The notes below the pieces were generated by a model. It searched no databases. It was not told the origin of the DNA and saw only the letters and a list, made by a program, of their open reading frames with translations. From positions 68,926,629 to 68,985,404 of the forward strand of contig NC_068984.1 of the NCBI RefSeq assembly GCF_001194135.2: DNA of 58,776 bases, written 5' to 3'. This DNA comes from Octopus bimaculoides (taxonomy: Eukaryota). This document shows positions 26,808 through 39,632 of the stretch, piece by piece. Position 1 is the first letter of the stretch, and the number at the start of each line of letters is the position of its first letter. Both the position numbers and the translations under genes were made by a program.

Positions 26808-27112
26808 ATAGCACTCAGCAGAAAAAGGCTGCATCCATTACCTACATCGACATTGAAGGGGATGATGTGATAGCTGCCATAAATGAAATGAGCTCAAATT
26901 CGGCAACTGGCCCCGATGATTTCCCAGCTGTCCTCTTGAAGTCGTGTAAACAAGAACTAGCAGGACCACTCCAGATACTCTTCCAGAGTTTCCTTGCAAA
27001 TGGTAAACTTCCCAAAAAGCTGAAGGAAGGCACCATATGTCCTATCCATAAAGGTGGAAGCAGAGCAGAGGCTGGGAACTACAGGCCCATCTCTCTGACT
27101 TCACATATTAGC
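26808..27112 (+). mobile_element. CR1/L2-group LINE reverse transcriptase, N-terminal part, running into an assembly gap
   Basis: Stop-free frame ..SATGPDDFPAVLLKSCKQELAGPLQILFQSFLANGKLPKKLKEGTICPIHKGGSRAEAGNYRPISLTSHIS with typical GPD, PIHKGG and NYRPISLTS motifs. 5'-truncated at a (TA)n tract. Confidence 0.9.
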
Positions 27113-28139
27113 NNNNNNNNNNNNNNNNNNNNNNNNNNNNNNNNNNNNNNNNNNNNNNNNNNNNNNNNNNNNNNNNNNNNNNNNNNNNNNNNNNNNNNNN
27201 NNNNNNNNNNNNNNNNNNNNNNNNNNNNNNNNNNNNNNNNNNNNNNNNNNNNNNNNNNNNNNNNNNNNNNNNNNNNNNNNNNNNNNNNNNNNNNNNNNNN
27301 NNNNNNNNNNNNNNNNNNNNNNNNNNNNNNNNNNNNNNNNNNNNNNNNNNNNNNNNNNNNNNNNNNNNNNNNNNNNNNNNNNNNNNNNNNNNNNNNNNNN
27401 NNNNNNNNNNNNNNNNNNNNNNNNNNNNNNNNNNNNNNNNNNNNNNNNNNNNNNNNNNNNNNNNNNNNNNNNNNNNNNNNNNNNNNNNNNNNNNNNNNNN
27501 NNNNNNNNNNNNNNNNNNNNNNNNNNNNNNNNNNNNNNNNNNNNNNNNNNNNNNNNNNNNNNNNNNNNNNNNNNNNNNNNNNNNNNNNNNNNNNNNNNNN
27601 NNNNNNNNNNNNNNNNNNNNNNNNNNNNNNNNNNNNNNNNNNNNNNNNNNNNNNNNNNNNNNNNNNNNNNNNNNNNNNNNNNNNNNNNNNNNNNNNNNNN
27701 NNNNNNNNNNNNNNNNNNNNNNNNNNNNNNNNNNNNNNNNNNNNNNNNNNNNNNNNNNNNNNNNNNNNNNNNNNNNNNNNNNNNNNNNNNNNNNNNNNNN
27801 NNNNNNNNNNNNNNNNNNNNNNNNNNNNNNNNNNNNNNNNNNNNNNNNNNNNNNNNNNNNNNNNNNNNNNNNNNNNNNNNNNNNNNNNNNNNNNNNNNNN
27901 NNNNNNNNNNNNNNNNNNNNNNNNNNNNNNNNNNNNNNNNNNNNNNNNNNNNNNNNNNNNNNNNNNNNNNNNNNNNNNNNNNNNNNNNNNNNNNNNNNNN
28001 NNNNNNNNNNNNNNNNNNNNNNNNNNNNNNNNNNNNNNNNNNNNNNNNNNNNNNNNNNNNNNNNNNNNNNNNNNNNNCCACTTGGCTGAAACACATAAAT
28101 AAATAAATAAATAAATATATATATATATGCATGTATATA

Positions 28140-28175
<36 letters not shown>

Positions 28176-30684
28176 TGTATGTATGTATGTATGTATGTAC
28201 GTATGTATGTATGCATGCATGTATGTATGTATGTATGTATGTATACATGTGTGTGTGTATAATTTGAAATTTATGAAATAAGATTCACGTGTGCGATAAC
28301 TAGACAGATCTCGAATTGTACTTTAAACATTCGAAACATCGAAGATATCAGCTACCTTGAAATCAATCTATTTTCAGCAGAACGCTTTATTATGAAGTTT
28401 GTTTACTCGTATGAAATATGTACTTATTCAACTTGTTTCTAAATTTAAGATTCATTATTTCGTTATAATCAAGGATACACATTTGAATTAAGATTTTCGT
28501 ATACTCAATAATCAAATTTTGTGGGGCTTGGAAAAAATATTTAGCTAAAATTATCCAGTAATTCCTCGAAATTTACTGATTTCCTTTCAGGAATATAATT
28601 TAAGCAAGTGTCATTATATTATCGAGCTTATGAATTCAGATTGTTTGAAACCTTCTGCTAGTTTGTCATATTTAATAGATTATTTACATTCTGGCAACTT
28701 TATTGTCATAAACATATGTTTAAATAACAATTACCTTCACATATTCTGTTCTGCAGCATCTGCATACATGGAATTTATATATTTAAATTTACTTTTTATA
28801 AATTATCTTCACAATATATGATATTTCTTTGAAAAAAAAAAAAATTCTGCATGTGATTTATATAGACCTTTGCTGAATATAAACCTTTTATAGAAATATA
28901 GCTTTAATTAAAGAAATAATTTTAACAAAACTATTTAACTAACTGTACGATTTTATTTCTTAACTGTTTGTCAGATATACATGAAATGTATAATGTATTA
29001 AAGAAATTATCAGAACCATAAATTTTCACTTATTGTTAATCACTGAATACGTTTATGCGTGGATAATTTGAAGTGTAATATTTTCGAAAGATTATTCTTG
29101 AATTACTAAATAATTACATAACCCATTGAATTGTATATGCTCATTTTTATTTTTAATAATATTCACTTTGAATATGTATAGAAAATGTAGATTAGTTTCT
29201 GAATAGCAAACTAATATTTTTCAGAACTACATTTATTTCTAAATGCATTAGGCTACAATCAAAGGATTGAAGAATTTTAAGTGAATAATATTTGCAAAAA
29301 ATTATATATATCGATGATAATGAATATGTATGATAAAAAGGGTAATATATTCCTGCTATTGTTCTTCATTAGTAAGTAAAGCATGTTTAATGAATACAAA
29401 ATCTTTTAAAATTATACCTGCTCATAAATTCTGCTTTCAGTTAATCATTTTATGTTTTCATACATAATGCATACATACATAATGTATGTTTTCGATACAT
29501 AATCAACTTAGTTTCCTGAATAGAAATTTTGGAAACCAGGTTAACAGTAACAAGTAATGTGGTGGTGTCTTGGCATATAGATAAAAAAGTTCAAAATCTG
29601 TTTCATGACTTTTTATAATTAAATCACGTGCACTATATATTTCTAAAACTTGAGGTATAAAGAATTGTCATTTGAAATTAATCCAAAGCTATTGCCATAG
29701 ATATAAAAGAAAAAGTTTTTGACGATTCCAAGCTATTGATTGACTTTAAGAGCAAATTCACAACTAAGAGCATCCCGGTGATAGTACATAATTCTCTATT
29801 TCCTCTTTCATGTGGTAATTAGTAACTCCTAGTATCGTTTACGAATGAATATTTTAACTTGTACAGATTCCAGTATTTTATTGTGTTTTTATTAAAATTT
29901 GCCTCGTTCTCCGCGTAAAATTGCTTACTAAACTCTGGTGAAGGTAAAGAGAAGGCATTCTAATTTTTCTTAAACCTTTTAGTAATGCAACCTTATGTCA
30001 GGATGTTGCATATTTTAATGTGTTATACTTGCCATATGTAAAACTGATCGAAATTTTCAATAGAAAGAGAAATAACGAGAAAGTATAACATTTGTTAAGT
30101 AAAGGAAAACACAAAGTTCGTCAATGGAATCAAATCAGATATGACTCATTACACTGTGCAACACGATTTTTGTCCGTTGGTAGTAACTATTATTTCCTAT
30201 TTGCTTACCCCGAGAAAGTATGAAAAAATGGCTATTTCCTTCAAATTTTGCTTTTGTTCTATTTATATAAATTGATAAATTGCAAAAAAAAACTCCCTCT
30301 CAACTTATGGATATGATGCTCTCTCACAACTGCTGCTCACGATAAAAGAAGCACATATTGCCAGCCACTAAGGGACATGCTCAAGTGGTTAAGTCAAGCA
30401 ACTGACAAGCAAATCTGTGGTACTGTGCTGAATATTTTCCATAACGTTATTTCTGCTTCAACAAACCAGCAATGAATCTATCAGAGATACAATAGAAAGT
30501 AGGTTAGTTTCGAAACATTCATGTCCAGGTAACAAAAGCAATGTTTGAAGGGAATAGTAGTCATGTCCTTTAATTTCTAGAAGCAAATAAGAAATAAGAC
30601 TTACTGACCAAAGGCAAAAAAAAAAAATAAACAGAATAAGAATTGTGTCACACAGTCTAATTTGACAATACGAATGAAACTTAC

Positions 30685-30702
30685 ATCGTTGATTAATGAA
30701 AA
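30685..30702 (-). CDS. Candidate 18-nt microexon (FSLIND if phase 0)
   Basis: Minus strand reads tatttttctctcgcag|TTTTCATTAATCAACGAT|gtaagt. Splice signals only; no homology evidence. Confidence 0.2.
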
Positions 30703-31069
30703 CTGCGAGAGAAAAATATATTACACTCTAATAATCTACATCAAACTTATATGAACTTGCCAGACGTCCATCTCTTCGTTTTCATCTCAATCTAATTTTA
30801 ATTTGTTTCAAGACTTTCAAAACAGCTTGGTATGATCTGAAGTAGTCCTTTTCTTTGCCAAAAGAACGGGTGACAGCATAGATTTACCCTGCTTTTGTCT
30901 CTATTGCTTTATATTTAGCTTGACCATAGTAATGAAGGTTGAATATATAAATCATGAATCCATCGCAGCAATGTTCAGAAGATTTGACGAGTTCATCAAA
31001 CATTCGTTAGACAACAAAAGCTTTAAATCAATCTTCTTTAAGAAAAGAATTAGAAATAAATAGTAATGA

Positions 31070-31257
31070 TAATCCTTTCTACTAAAGACACAAGGCCTGA
31101 AATTTTGGAAGATGGTACTAGTCGATTTGATTGATTCCAGTATTTAGCTTATCGACTCAGAAATGATAAAATGTTAAGTCGGCCTCAGCGAAATTTGAAC
31201 TCAAAATGCCGTTAAGCGTTTTACTCGGCGTACTAACGATTCTGACAGCTAACCGCC

Positions 31258-31262
<5 letters not shown>
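31070..31262 (-). mobile_element. SINE family A, degenerate copy abutting an (AAT)n tract (31260-31375)
   Basis: Reverse complement begins taaggcggttagctgtcagaatcgttagtacgccgag, as in 50844 and 53496. Confidence 0.7.
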
Positions 31263-31340
<78 letters not shown>

Positions 31341-34300
31341 CATAGCAAAAACAACAGTAACAACAACAATAAATTATTACTTCAAAATAAAAAAATAATT
31401 TTAATTCTAATGGCAGAAAGCACAGAATTGTTAATTAATATACACATAATTTGGTTTCAAAATTAAAAAAAGTTTTTAAATATTCATAAAATTACTAGAT
31501 AATATTTCGTGAAGTGATTACATCAGAACAGAAATTCAAAGACATCAGCAAAATAAAATGAAAAAGCTAAATAATTGAAATAAAATTCATAAAATAATAT
31601 GCAAGTGACCGGGAGATTTATTGATAAACAAATAACTTTTTTCTTTATTGATAATAATTTTTTTTTATTTAAAAAAGTATAATTCTTTAATGACTGTTGC
31701 AAATTAAAGAAAAAGTAAAGTAATCCACATACATTTACACGCACAATGCACGCATACACACACACATTCGTAGACGCATATATGTATATACGTATGTTCG
31801 CGTGTATATATATATACACAAATAGGAAGAGAGAGAGAAAAAGAAAGTGGTAGAGAGAGAGATAAAAATAAAGAGGATAGCAACAGTCAATCTAAGATTA
31901 GCAACGAACGTAAATTTTATATGACTTTTCTGAAGTAAGTCGTATTATCTTAAACTCACAAATTAGCGCACGATAAAAATAATAGAATGAATCGATAACT
32001 TATGAGTTGCTCTTGTCATTTCTTTTAAATGCGAAGAAAAGTATTACAAAAGAAAGTAATAATAATAGAGCAATAAATTCGAATAGTGATATCGCAAACT
32101 ATGAATGTTTTAGAGAGCAAATAATTCACATTTTCAGGAAAATTATATAGGTAATGAAGTCTTTTGCTAAATCGCTTTACATTCTGCATTCAAATCCTGT
32201 TGTACATGATTTTACCACACATATTTACGATATTCGTATATTATTGAGTGTAACCTGTTTTTGGTATTCTGACCTGTCATTTGGTATCTTTTTCTTTTTG
32301 GATGTTTTGTGCTAGTTTATAACTTTTTCCGCCTTCAACATTATTTAAATTCTTGAGAGACAGATATCTGGACAGCCATGGAACATTTACTGCTTCAAAA
32401 TCGTAATATTATTTTGTACTGGTGAACCTCTCCAATTTCAAAGAGCTGTTATATGTAGCCACATATTTCGTATTACAATACACGGAAGGGAAGTCTGTAT
32501 AATTCGTTACTAGGAAAATAAATCAGCTTTGTCGATTTACTCATCTTATATCAATATTTTAGAGCTGAACCTGTCACCTGGGCAGATAGTATAGATGCAT
32601 AAAATAGGGAAGATGCCCTGTGAGATCAAACTCACCAGCCATCAAGTAGTGCAACAAGCCATCTGAAATGATATCCTTTTCAAAATCTAAATTTCATGTC
32701 CATTCCTTTCAAATATTCACACATTAACAAATGTATATGGGGAGTAGTTAGTATATCAAATTGGAGGTGTTGGATGGATGCTGCATGTAAGTGTTATGCG
32801 AGAAAGTGCTTTAGGCATACGCCTCAGCGTTAAGTAACGCATACAAATTCTGCTAGGTTGATTAAGCCCAATAATTCCTGTAACGAAGACGATAATCAGA
32901 TTTATATCTTGTTCACCAAAACGAAGAAAAATAGAGGGTGATGGTTTTGAATACCAGAGCCTTCCTACATAGGGAATGTATACTTCATCAGAGTTTAGTA
33001 GTTAGCAATTTTACGTGAAGAACATGGCAGACTCAAAAGGAAAACACAAAGAAATACTGAAATTTATGTAAGCTAAAAGATTTGTTTGTTAAATGATATT
33101 ATAGACGAATAGTCGGACATACTAATTAGGATATGAAAGAGGAAATATAGAATTATAAACGATCACCTAGGCGTTCTTAGTTGTAAATTTGCAGAAAGAC
33201 ACTGATTAGTTACGTAAATGAATCCCGAGACAGCAAGTGACAGAAATGAAATTGTATAGTGTATATGGTTTTCAGTGCTATATGAGACTTAAAATGAATG
33301 GAGAACTGTAGTGGCAAGAAGTGAAATCGAAAAGCCAGGTAGGAAGCAAGATATCATGAGTAGCTTACCACGAAGAGAAGTTATACCCATATGAAACATT
33401 ATATTTTTAGGAAATCTAACCTAGACATCATTAGCGATACTGAAGAAAAGGCTTCATCATTGTCAACTGATACAAAGCCAAACAAGATGCTTTAGAGTAA
33501 GTCGCCTGTAAGGGCACTACACTGATTGACCAAGTTGTTAACGCTGAGGAATTTTAGAAAACAATTTATTTCAGATAAGAGTGTAGTTACAAATTCGATA
33601 CTGTGTGCTCAGTTCAAGTGTATTCGGTACAATAGGTGTTGTGATGTCGCTGAGAGGTTGCTGGGGCTTGAGATGTGAAAGGTCCACAGAAGAGATTAGC
33701 TGTAAGGCAGTAATAAAACAAAATTTATTAAATATATATTCGTTTAGTAAATACGCTCCTGGGCCTTGTACCCTACAGGTGATAGATAATTATAGGCTGA
33801 GTGATTTTGGAAAATCTGTGTCACAAATATGTAGGCCAATTTAACATAGAAATCAAAACTGATTAATTCTCATAAAATCTATTGTGAAAACCATGTCCTT
33901 CATAAACACGTGTAGCAGTTTTGTTGTTTCTGAAATAACTATTTAAATAGCTTTCTGAATCATTATGTCTGAAGCAGAAGGTAGAATGGAAAAGACTAAT
34001 TTATTTTAGTGTATTTGACAAGAGCTGTCTGGCGGCAAAATGACAACATTAACGACTACATCTTTGTCATCAAATCTTAAGTTTTTGCCATAAGACTTTC
34101 ATAGAATCAGTTGTTTTGTTCCTCCGACTATACTTAAGAAGTCATCGAGAGCTTCTGTAGCTTTGAAGAGGCAGTTAGTAATGGAAGTTTGAAAACATAG
34201 AAGCTATATTAAGGAAATGGTATTATAAGTTCATGGAGCTATTACATCTGTTAACAAGAAAGCATTAGAAAATTTCTTTCTTAATAATAATACCAACCTG

Positions 34301-34960
34301 ACTGCGGAAAAAGTAGGAAAAATGATGCTACGATGTAGTGGTGCATCAACAGTGTGAATGTACCATATTTAAGTTAGACGATTTGATAAATGTGAAGCAC
34401 AAACGAGCATGATAGGCATAGTACATATTAAATGTATCAGCCGGTGAGGTGACTACGCCCTAATGACGTGATGCAAATAGCTGATTGATTCTGAATAGAA
34501 TAACTATAGTGTGCCATTTTTGAACAGTGACTGTGAAAGAGAAATCTATAGGAAAACGAAGTGAGATAAGATCTGAAGTCTCACAATCAAGATGAATAAA
34601 AACCGAAACAATTGGTATTACGTTGCATGGAAGACCACTCCAACTTATAGCATTATAAAAAAAAAAAACGAAAAAATGTGATAAAACTTTGTTGATGTTA
34701 TTACTAATGATGATGTTGATACGTCTCTATGTATATATGTGTACGTGCTTGTAAATATATATATTAATGTGTGTGTGTGTGTATGTGTGTGTGTGTGTGT
34801 GAATGATATTTTATTCTTGGCAATCTTCACACCAATGAAACTATATAATGCAATAGAATTAATTCTGAAGATGTTGCGTTCATAAGTAATTCAATATAAG
34901 TTGTTTTTTTTAGGTTCTCTCTTTTATTTCTTCTATTTTTTTCTTCTGCATTATTGTAAT

Positions 34961-35001
<41 letters not shown>

Positions 35002-35357
35002 AATTCCCAAAACATGAAGTTCCATTACAATGCAACAGAAAAGAGGTGTGCCAAATACAAGTAATGTCTATATTGAATTTTTTTCAATGGTGTCTGTGTG
35101 TTAGTGGAGTAGTTGACAATATGTTTCTTGGCAAATATATTACAGTTTTTTTTTTCAATATATTATCTTATAACACATTGCCAGGTGTGATAAATGTTTT
35201 CTGAAAATTACTGCTTGCTGAAACAGTGCAATAGTTAAGTAGTTGTTAATGATTAAATGTTGCAATTTCCTCATAAGTTCAGAGCTGTTCGAGCAGAACC
35301 TATATTCAAAGGCACCTTGACCATCACCTTGTGTCATCGTTTTGTCAGAGTAATGAG

Positions 35358-35392
<35 letters not shown>

Positions 35393-35590
35393 TCCTTAAA
35401 AAAGATATATAAGACATGCGTTTTAGGAAGATTTCGGGAAACCGACCAGCTGCATGAAAGTTTCCCAGTTAGATCGTAACGATTAGATATTTAACGTAGG
35501 TAATAACTGTTGAATAGCTAGTGAATGGGAAACTGTACGCAGTGTAATCGTAAGTTAACATTTTCAGTCAGCTAGAACAACAACATAGAG

Positions 35591-35921
35591 CAGTGTTTCT
35601 CAACCGAGGTCCATGTGGCGCCTGAGGACTTCTGGGGGTCCACGCATCGAAAAAAAAAAAAAAGGAAATAGAGCCCTGAAAAAATTTGCCTTCGATTTAT
35701 ATATTGGAATGTATTGCAAGAAACTGCACGGCGTCTTATTCTAACAGTTTATATAGTTCAACTTACATTAGTTAATGTGAGAAAAGGGAAAATGAAATAA
35801 GAATTTCGAAAGAAGTTTCTATAAAACTAGGTTTTAAATATCGAATGGCTACGGGGCCCATCAAAATAAAATAGGAATCAAAAGGGCCCAAATATTAAAA
35901 AAAAAATTATTGAGATCCATG
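35591..35921. mobile_element. hAT/Charlie-like MITE
   Basis: 5' end cagtgtttctcaacc and degenerate 3' end attgagatccatg. 8-bp TSD not cleanly preserved (acatagag / acagaggc). Confidence 0.45.
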
Positions 35922-36790
35922 ACAGAGGCTCTTGAAAGCCTTCATGCTCTGTGGGCAAAGTATTGCTTGTTAGTGGTGTTGTGTCACTTTTATATCTTCA
36001 GTTCCTTATTACTATTTTGCCAAATAGAGTTATATATATATCAATATTTTTTCCAGCGAGTTCTTCCTTTACATAAGATTTGATTTAAAGGAGATTTAGT
36101 TGAAATTCTTAGCAGATCAGTCGACATCTTACATACTGTATACTCGTCGGTAGTAAAGTTTGAAGTCCTCATATAGTGTTCATATGTATTTCATATTAAT
36201 ATTTTTCATTTCCATTTACAGATTATTACTGGTATAAGTTTTGTACTGTCGTATCTCAAACTAAATTTTATTCTTTTTCAAAGTTCTTGTGCGTATAGAA
36301 CATTATTCTGTGTGATGTGCAAGTAAGAATCGATCAAGATGGTCTTGAATATTATATGTGAATACACTGCTTTGATCTCCTTGCCTGTCTGGCCAAGAAT
36401 ATCTCGGAACCATAGCCCATTCATTGTAATAAAGTGTTTATTGCATGCTTACAGTACTTATTTTTGTCTCTTTTGATCTAGAAATACTTCTATATTGCCT
36501 CTCCGACATACCTCAAACCAGTCATATCTTTAGATATATATTCAACATTTGTATGCACCGAACTTATAAATGTTTTCTGAATTCGCTCGCGTTGCATACT
36601 AGAATCATGTCCTTTCTTCTACGTGCTTGTACTACGGAAGTTATTAAAAATATCATAAATATAATCTTTAGAGCAATGCATGGAAAAATCGGTAGAAGTC
36701 ATACGAAAAGGTGGTTAACCGTTGAGGCCAATTCTGCTGTTAATCCTTCCGAATTTGGAGTAGGCTTAATAAACTATACGCAACAATATA

Positions 36791-37215
36791 GGTGCAGGCG
36801 TGACTGTGTGGTAAGAAGCTTCTTTCCCAACCACACGGTTCCGGGTTCAGTCCTACCGTGATACTTTGGGCAAGAGTCTTCTACTATAGCCTCGGGGCGA
36901 CAAGAGCCTTGTAAGTGAATTTGGTAGACGGAAATTGAAAGAAGCCCGTTGTGTATACACACACACACACACACACCACAGACACAGACACACACACATA
37001 TGTATATATTTAGGTGCGTGTTTTTCTCCCCTAATCGCTAGACAACCGATAATGGTCTGTTTACGACCGCGTAACTTAGCGGTTCCGTGAAAGAGACTGA
37101 TAGAATAAGTAATAGGCTTACAGACAATGACTCCTGAGGTCGATTTCTTCGACTAAAAAAGACCTTTAAGCATGGCTGCTGTCAAATGACTGGAACAATT
37201 AAAATGAGAAAAAAA
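36791..37215 (+). mobile_element. SINE family B, full-length reference copy with internal (CA)n
   Basis: tRNA-like head (TGACTGTGTGG A-box-like, GGGTTCAGTCC B-box-like), CORE-like tttgggcaagagtcttc, central microsatellite at 36950-37015, A-rich tail. Several homologues in the window. Confidence 0.9.
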
Positions 37216-37820
37216 TAACCATTAGAATGTATGGTTTTGCTTCGTACATTCTGTTGTAAAGCAATCTTTTACCACTTTTGGACCTGTGTTTTGACGACGG
37301 TTGTCGCTCGGATAGATATTGTTAAATTCCAAAGTATCAATAGAATGTTTCTATCTGGCACTGTACGACCCCACCAGTCGTACAGTGTTATTATCCTCAA
37401 AATGTTTGAGTGTTATAACCTCCACTCAAAATCACAGCATGATTACTATATCAGCACAGACACAACTATCAACACAGTCTACACATAATCTCGACCTTCT
37501 GACCTTTTTCTATCGACCGGCTACTGGTCTATTTATAATGGCTGGCTACTACCACTTTTTTTACCGCGGAGGGGTGTACAGTTTTACTTTACAACAGGTA
37601 CATTGCAAACAATGATTATGATGAGAAGGAAGAAGAGTAGGAGTAGTAGGAGGAGGAGAGGGAAGAAGAGAATACCAAAACCACTTGTTGAAGGTAACAA
37701 CATCACAATCGTTTGGGACGTTACAGTATGTACTGACAGCAGAATAGTCATTTTGCAATCGCTCAGATATAATTGTTAAAAACAAAATGCAAAACCTACC
37801 TATTTATGAATATAACAATA

Positions 37821-38207
37821 GTGGAGGTGCAATGGCCCACTGGTTAGGGCAGTAGACTCGCGGTCATAGGATTACGGTTTCGATTCTCAAACCGGGCGTT
37901 GTGAGTGTTTATTGAGCGAAAACACCTAAAGCTCCACGTAGCTCCGGCAGAGTATGGTGGCGAACCCTGTTGCACTCTTTCACCACAACTTTCTCTCACT
38001 CTTACTTCCTGTTTCTGTTGAGCCTGTAATTCAAAGGGTCGACCTTGTCAAACTGTGTCACGCTGAATATCCCCGAGAACTACGTTAAGGGTACACGTGT
38101 CTGTGGAGTGCTCAGCCACTTGCACGTTAATTTCACGAGCAGGCTGTTCCGTTTATCGGATCAACTGGAACCCTCGACGTCGTAAGCGACGGAGTGCCAA
38201 CAACAAC
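37821..38207 (+). mobile_element. SINE family C, full length, tRNA-derived head, (CAA)n tail, 13-bp TSD
   Basis: A-box TGGCCCACTGG and B-box-like GGTTTCGATTC. Perfect direct repeat GAATATAACAATA at 37808-37820 and 38208-38220. Confidence 0.9.
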
Positions 38208-38515
38208 GAATATAACAATACCACCTGATAAAAATGTAACTTGCCAAGGAAGATGATAAACGTGCTGATTATGACGACTTAGACATATAATTAAGCGGGA
38301 CATAGCAGCTGAAAACAAAACAACACCAGCTGTGATTGGAATACTTAGAGGTTATAAAGAAAACGGTCTGTGGGTTACTGGAGAAATATCCCAAGGAAAT
38401 CAAGCACATTCAAAATTCAAACAATAGTACGAAACAATACGGTTCACATTTTATGTATGTTCTTGTCTTTGTATTCTATATACTGAAAAACAAATTTTTC
38501 ACTTCCCTCTCTCTC

Positions 38516-38517
<2 letters not shown>

Positions 38518-38567
<50 letters not shown>

Positions 38568-38705
38568 TTGAGCCAAGAATGGAAACCATAAAAGGACGCA
38601 GCAACAATGATATTACACCACAATGCCTGCACTAGTCTACTGGTTGTTCCTTGGCAGGTATTTTTAACAACAGCAACAAGAACAACAACTACTACTAAAA
38701 ATAAT

Positions 38706-38740
<35 letters not shown>

Positions 38741-38742
38741 TA

Positions 38743-38776
<34 letters not shown>

Positions 38777-38796
38777 CGACGACGACGACGACGATG

Positions 38797-38830
<34 letters not shown>

Positions 38831-38880
38831 TAATAATAATAATGATGATAATAATGATAATAATAACAACAACAATAACC
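38518..38880. repeat. Trinucleotide microsatellite cluster: (TTA)n, a unique island, then (AAT)n(GAT)n(GAC)n(AAT)n
   Basis: Directly visible. Confidence 0.95.
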
Positions 38881-39167
38881 CACAAATACAAGACACACTA
38901 TACAGCAAGTACCTAGTGAAATAAACTTCCACCAGCAAACTGTATAAGCAATGCATTACACACTCAACACACAATACAAGTAGTAACACAGCAAAAGACT
39001 GCACCACACATCAAGAGAAAAGAACTAACACAATACAGTACCGGAAAGAGTTTGCACACTCCAAACAGCAGAAAAGAACACACAATGCTGCACACAACCC
39101 AGCTACAAGGAAGTGTAGCAGGTGAAGCAGTAGAAAATCGTCACAATTTACCAAATATTGAACAGTC

Positions 39168-39373
<206 letters not shown>

Positions 39374-39632
39374 ATCGACTATCATAAGCCTTACAATATG
39401 ATCCCACAGGATCGACTATCGTAAGGGGTACGATATGATCCCACAAGATCGACTATCGTAAGGCGCGCGATATGATCCCACACGATCGACTATCGTAAGG
39501 CGTACGATATGGTCCCACAGGATCGAATATCGTAAGGCGTACGATATGATCTCACAGGATCGACTATCATTAGGCGTACGATATGATCTCACTTGATCTA
39601 CTATCGTAAGGCGTACTATATGTTTCCACATT
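39374..39632 (+). repeat. Minisatellite, 7 x 37 bp, derived from the RT motif IDYRKAYDMVPH
   Basis: Consensus atcgactatcgtaaggcgtacgatatgatcccacagg. Units start at 39374, 39411, 39448, 39485, 39522, 39559 and 39596. The last unit runs directly into the LINE RT sequence. Confidence 0.95.

Noticed and set aside
37821-37895. tRNA gene
   Set aside because: A/B boxes are present, but the sequence continues as a 387-bp element with a tail and TSD, and I cannot fold a convincing cloverleaf. It is a SINE head.
39374-39632. 37-bp repeat array as a CRISPR array
   Set aside because: Units are head-to-tail with no unique spacers, there are no cas genes, the context is eukaryotic, and the unit is explained as LINE RT sequence.
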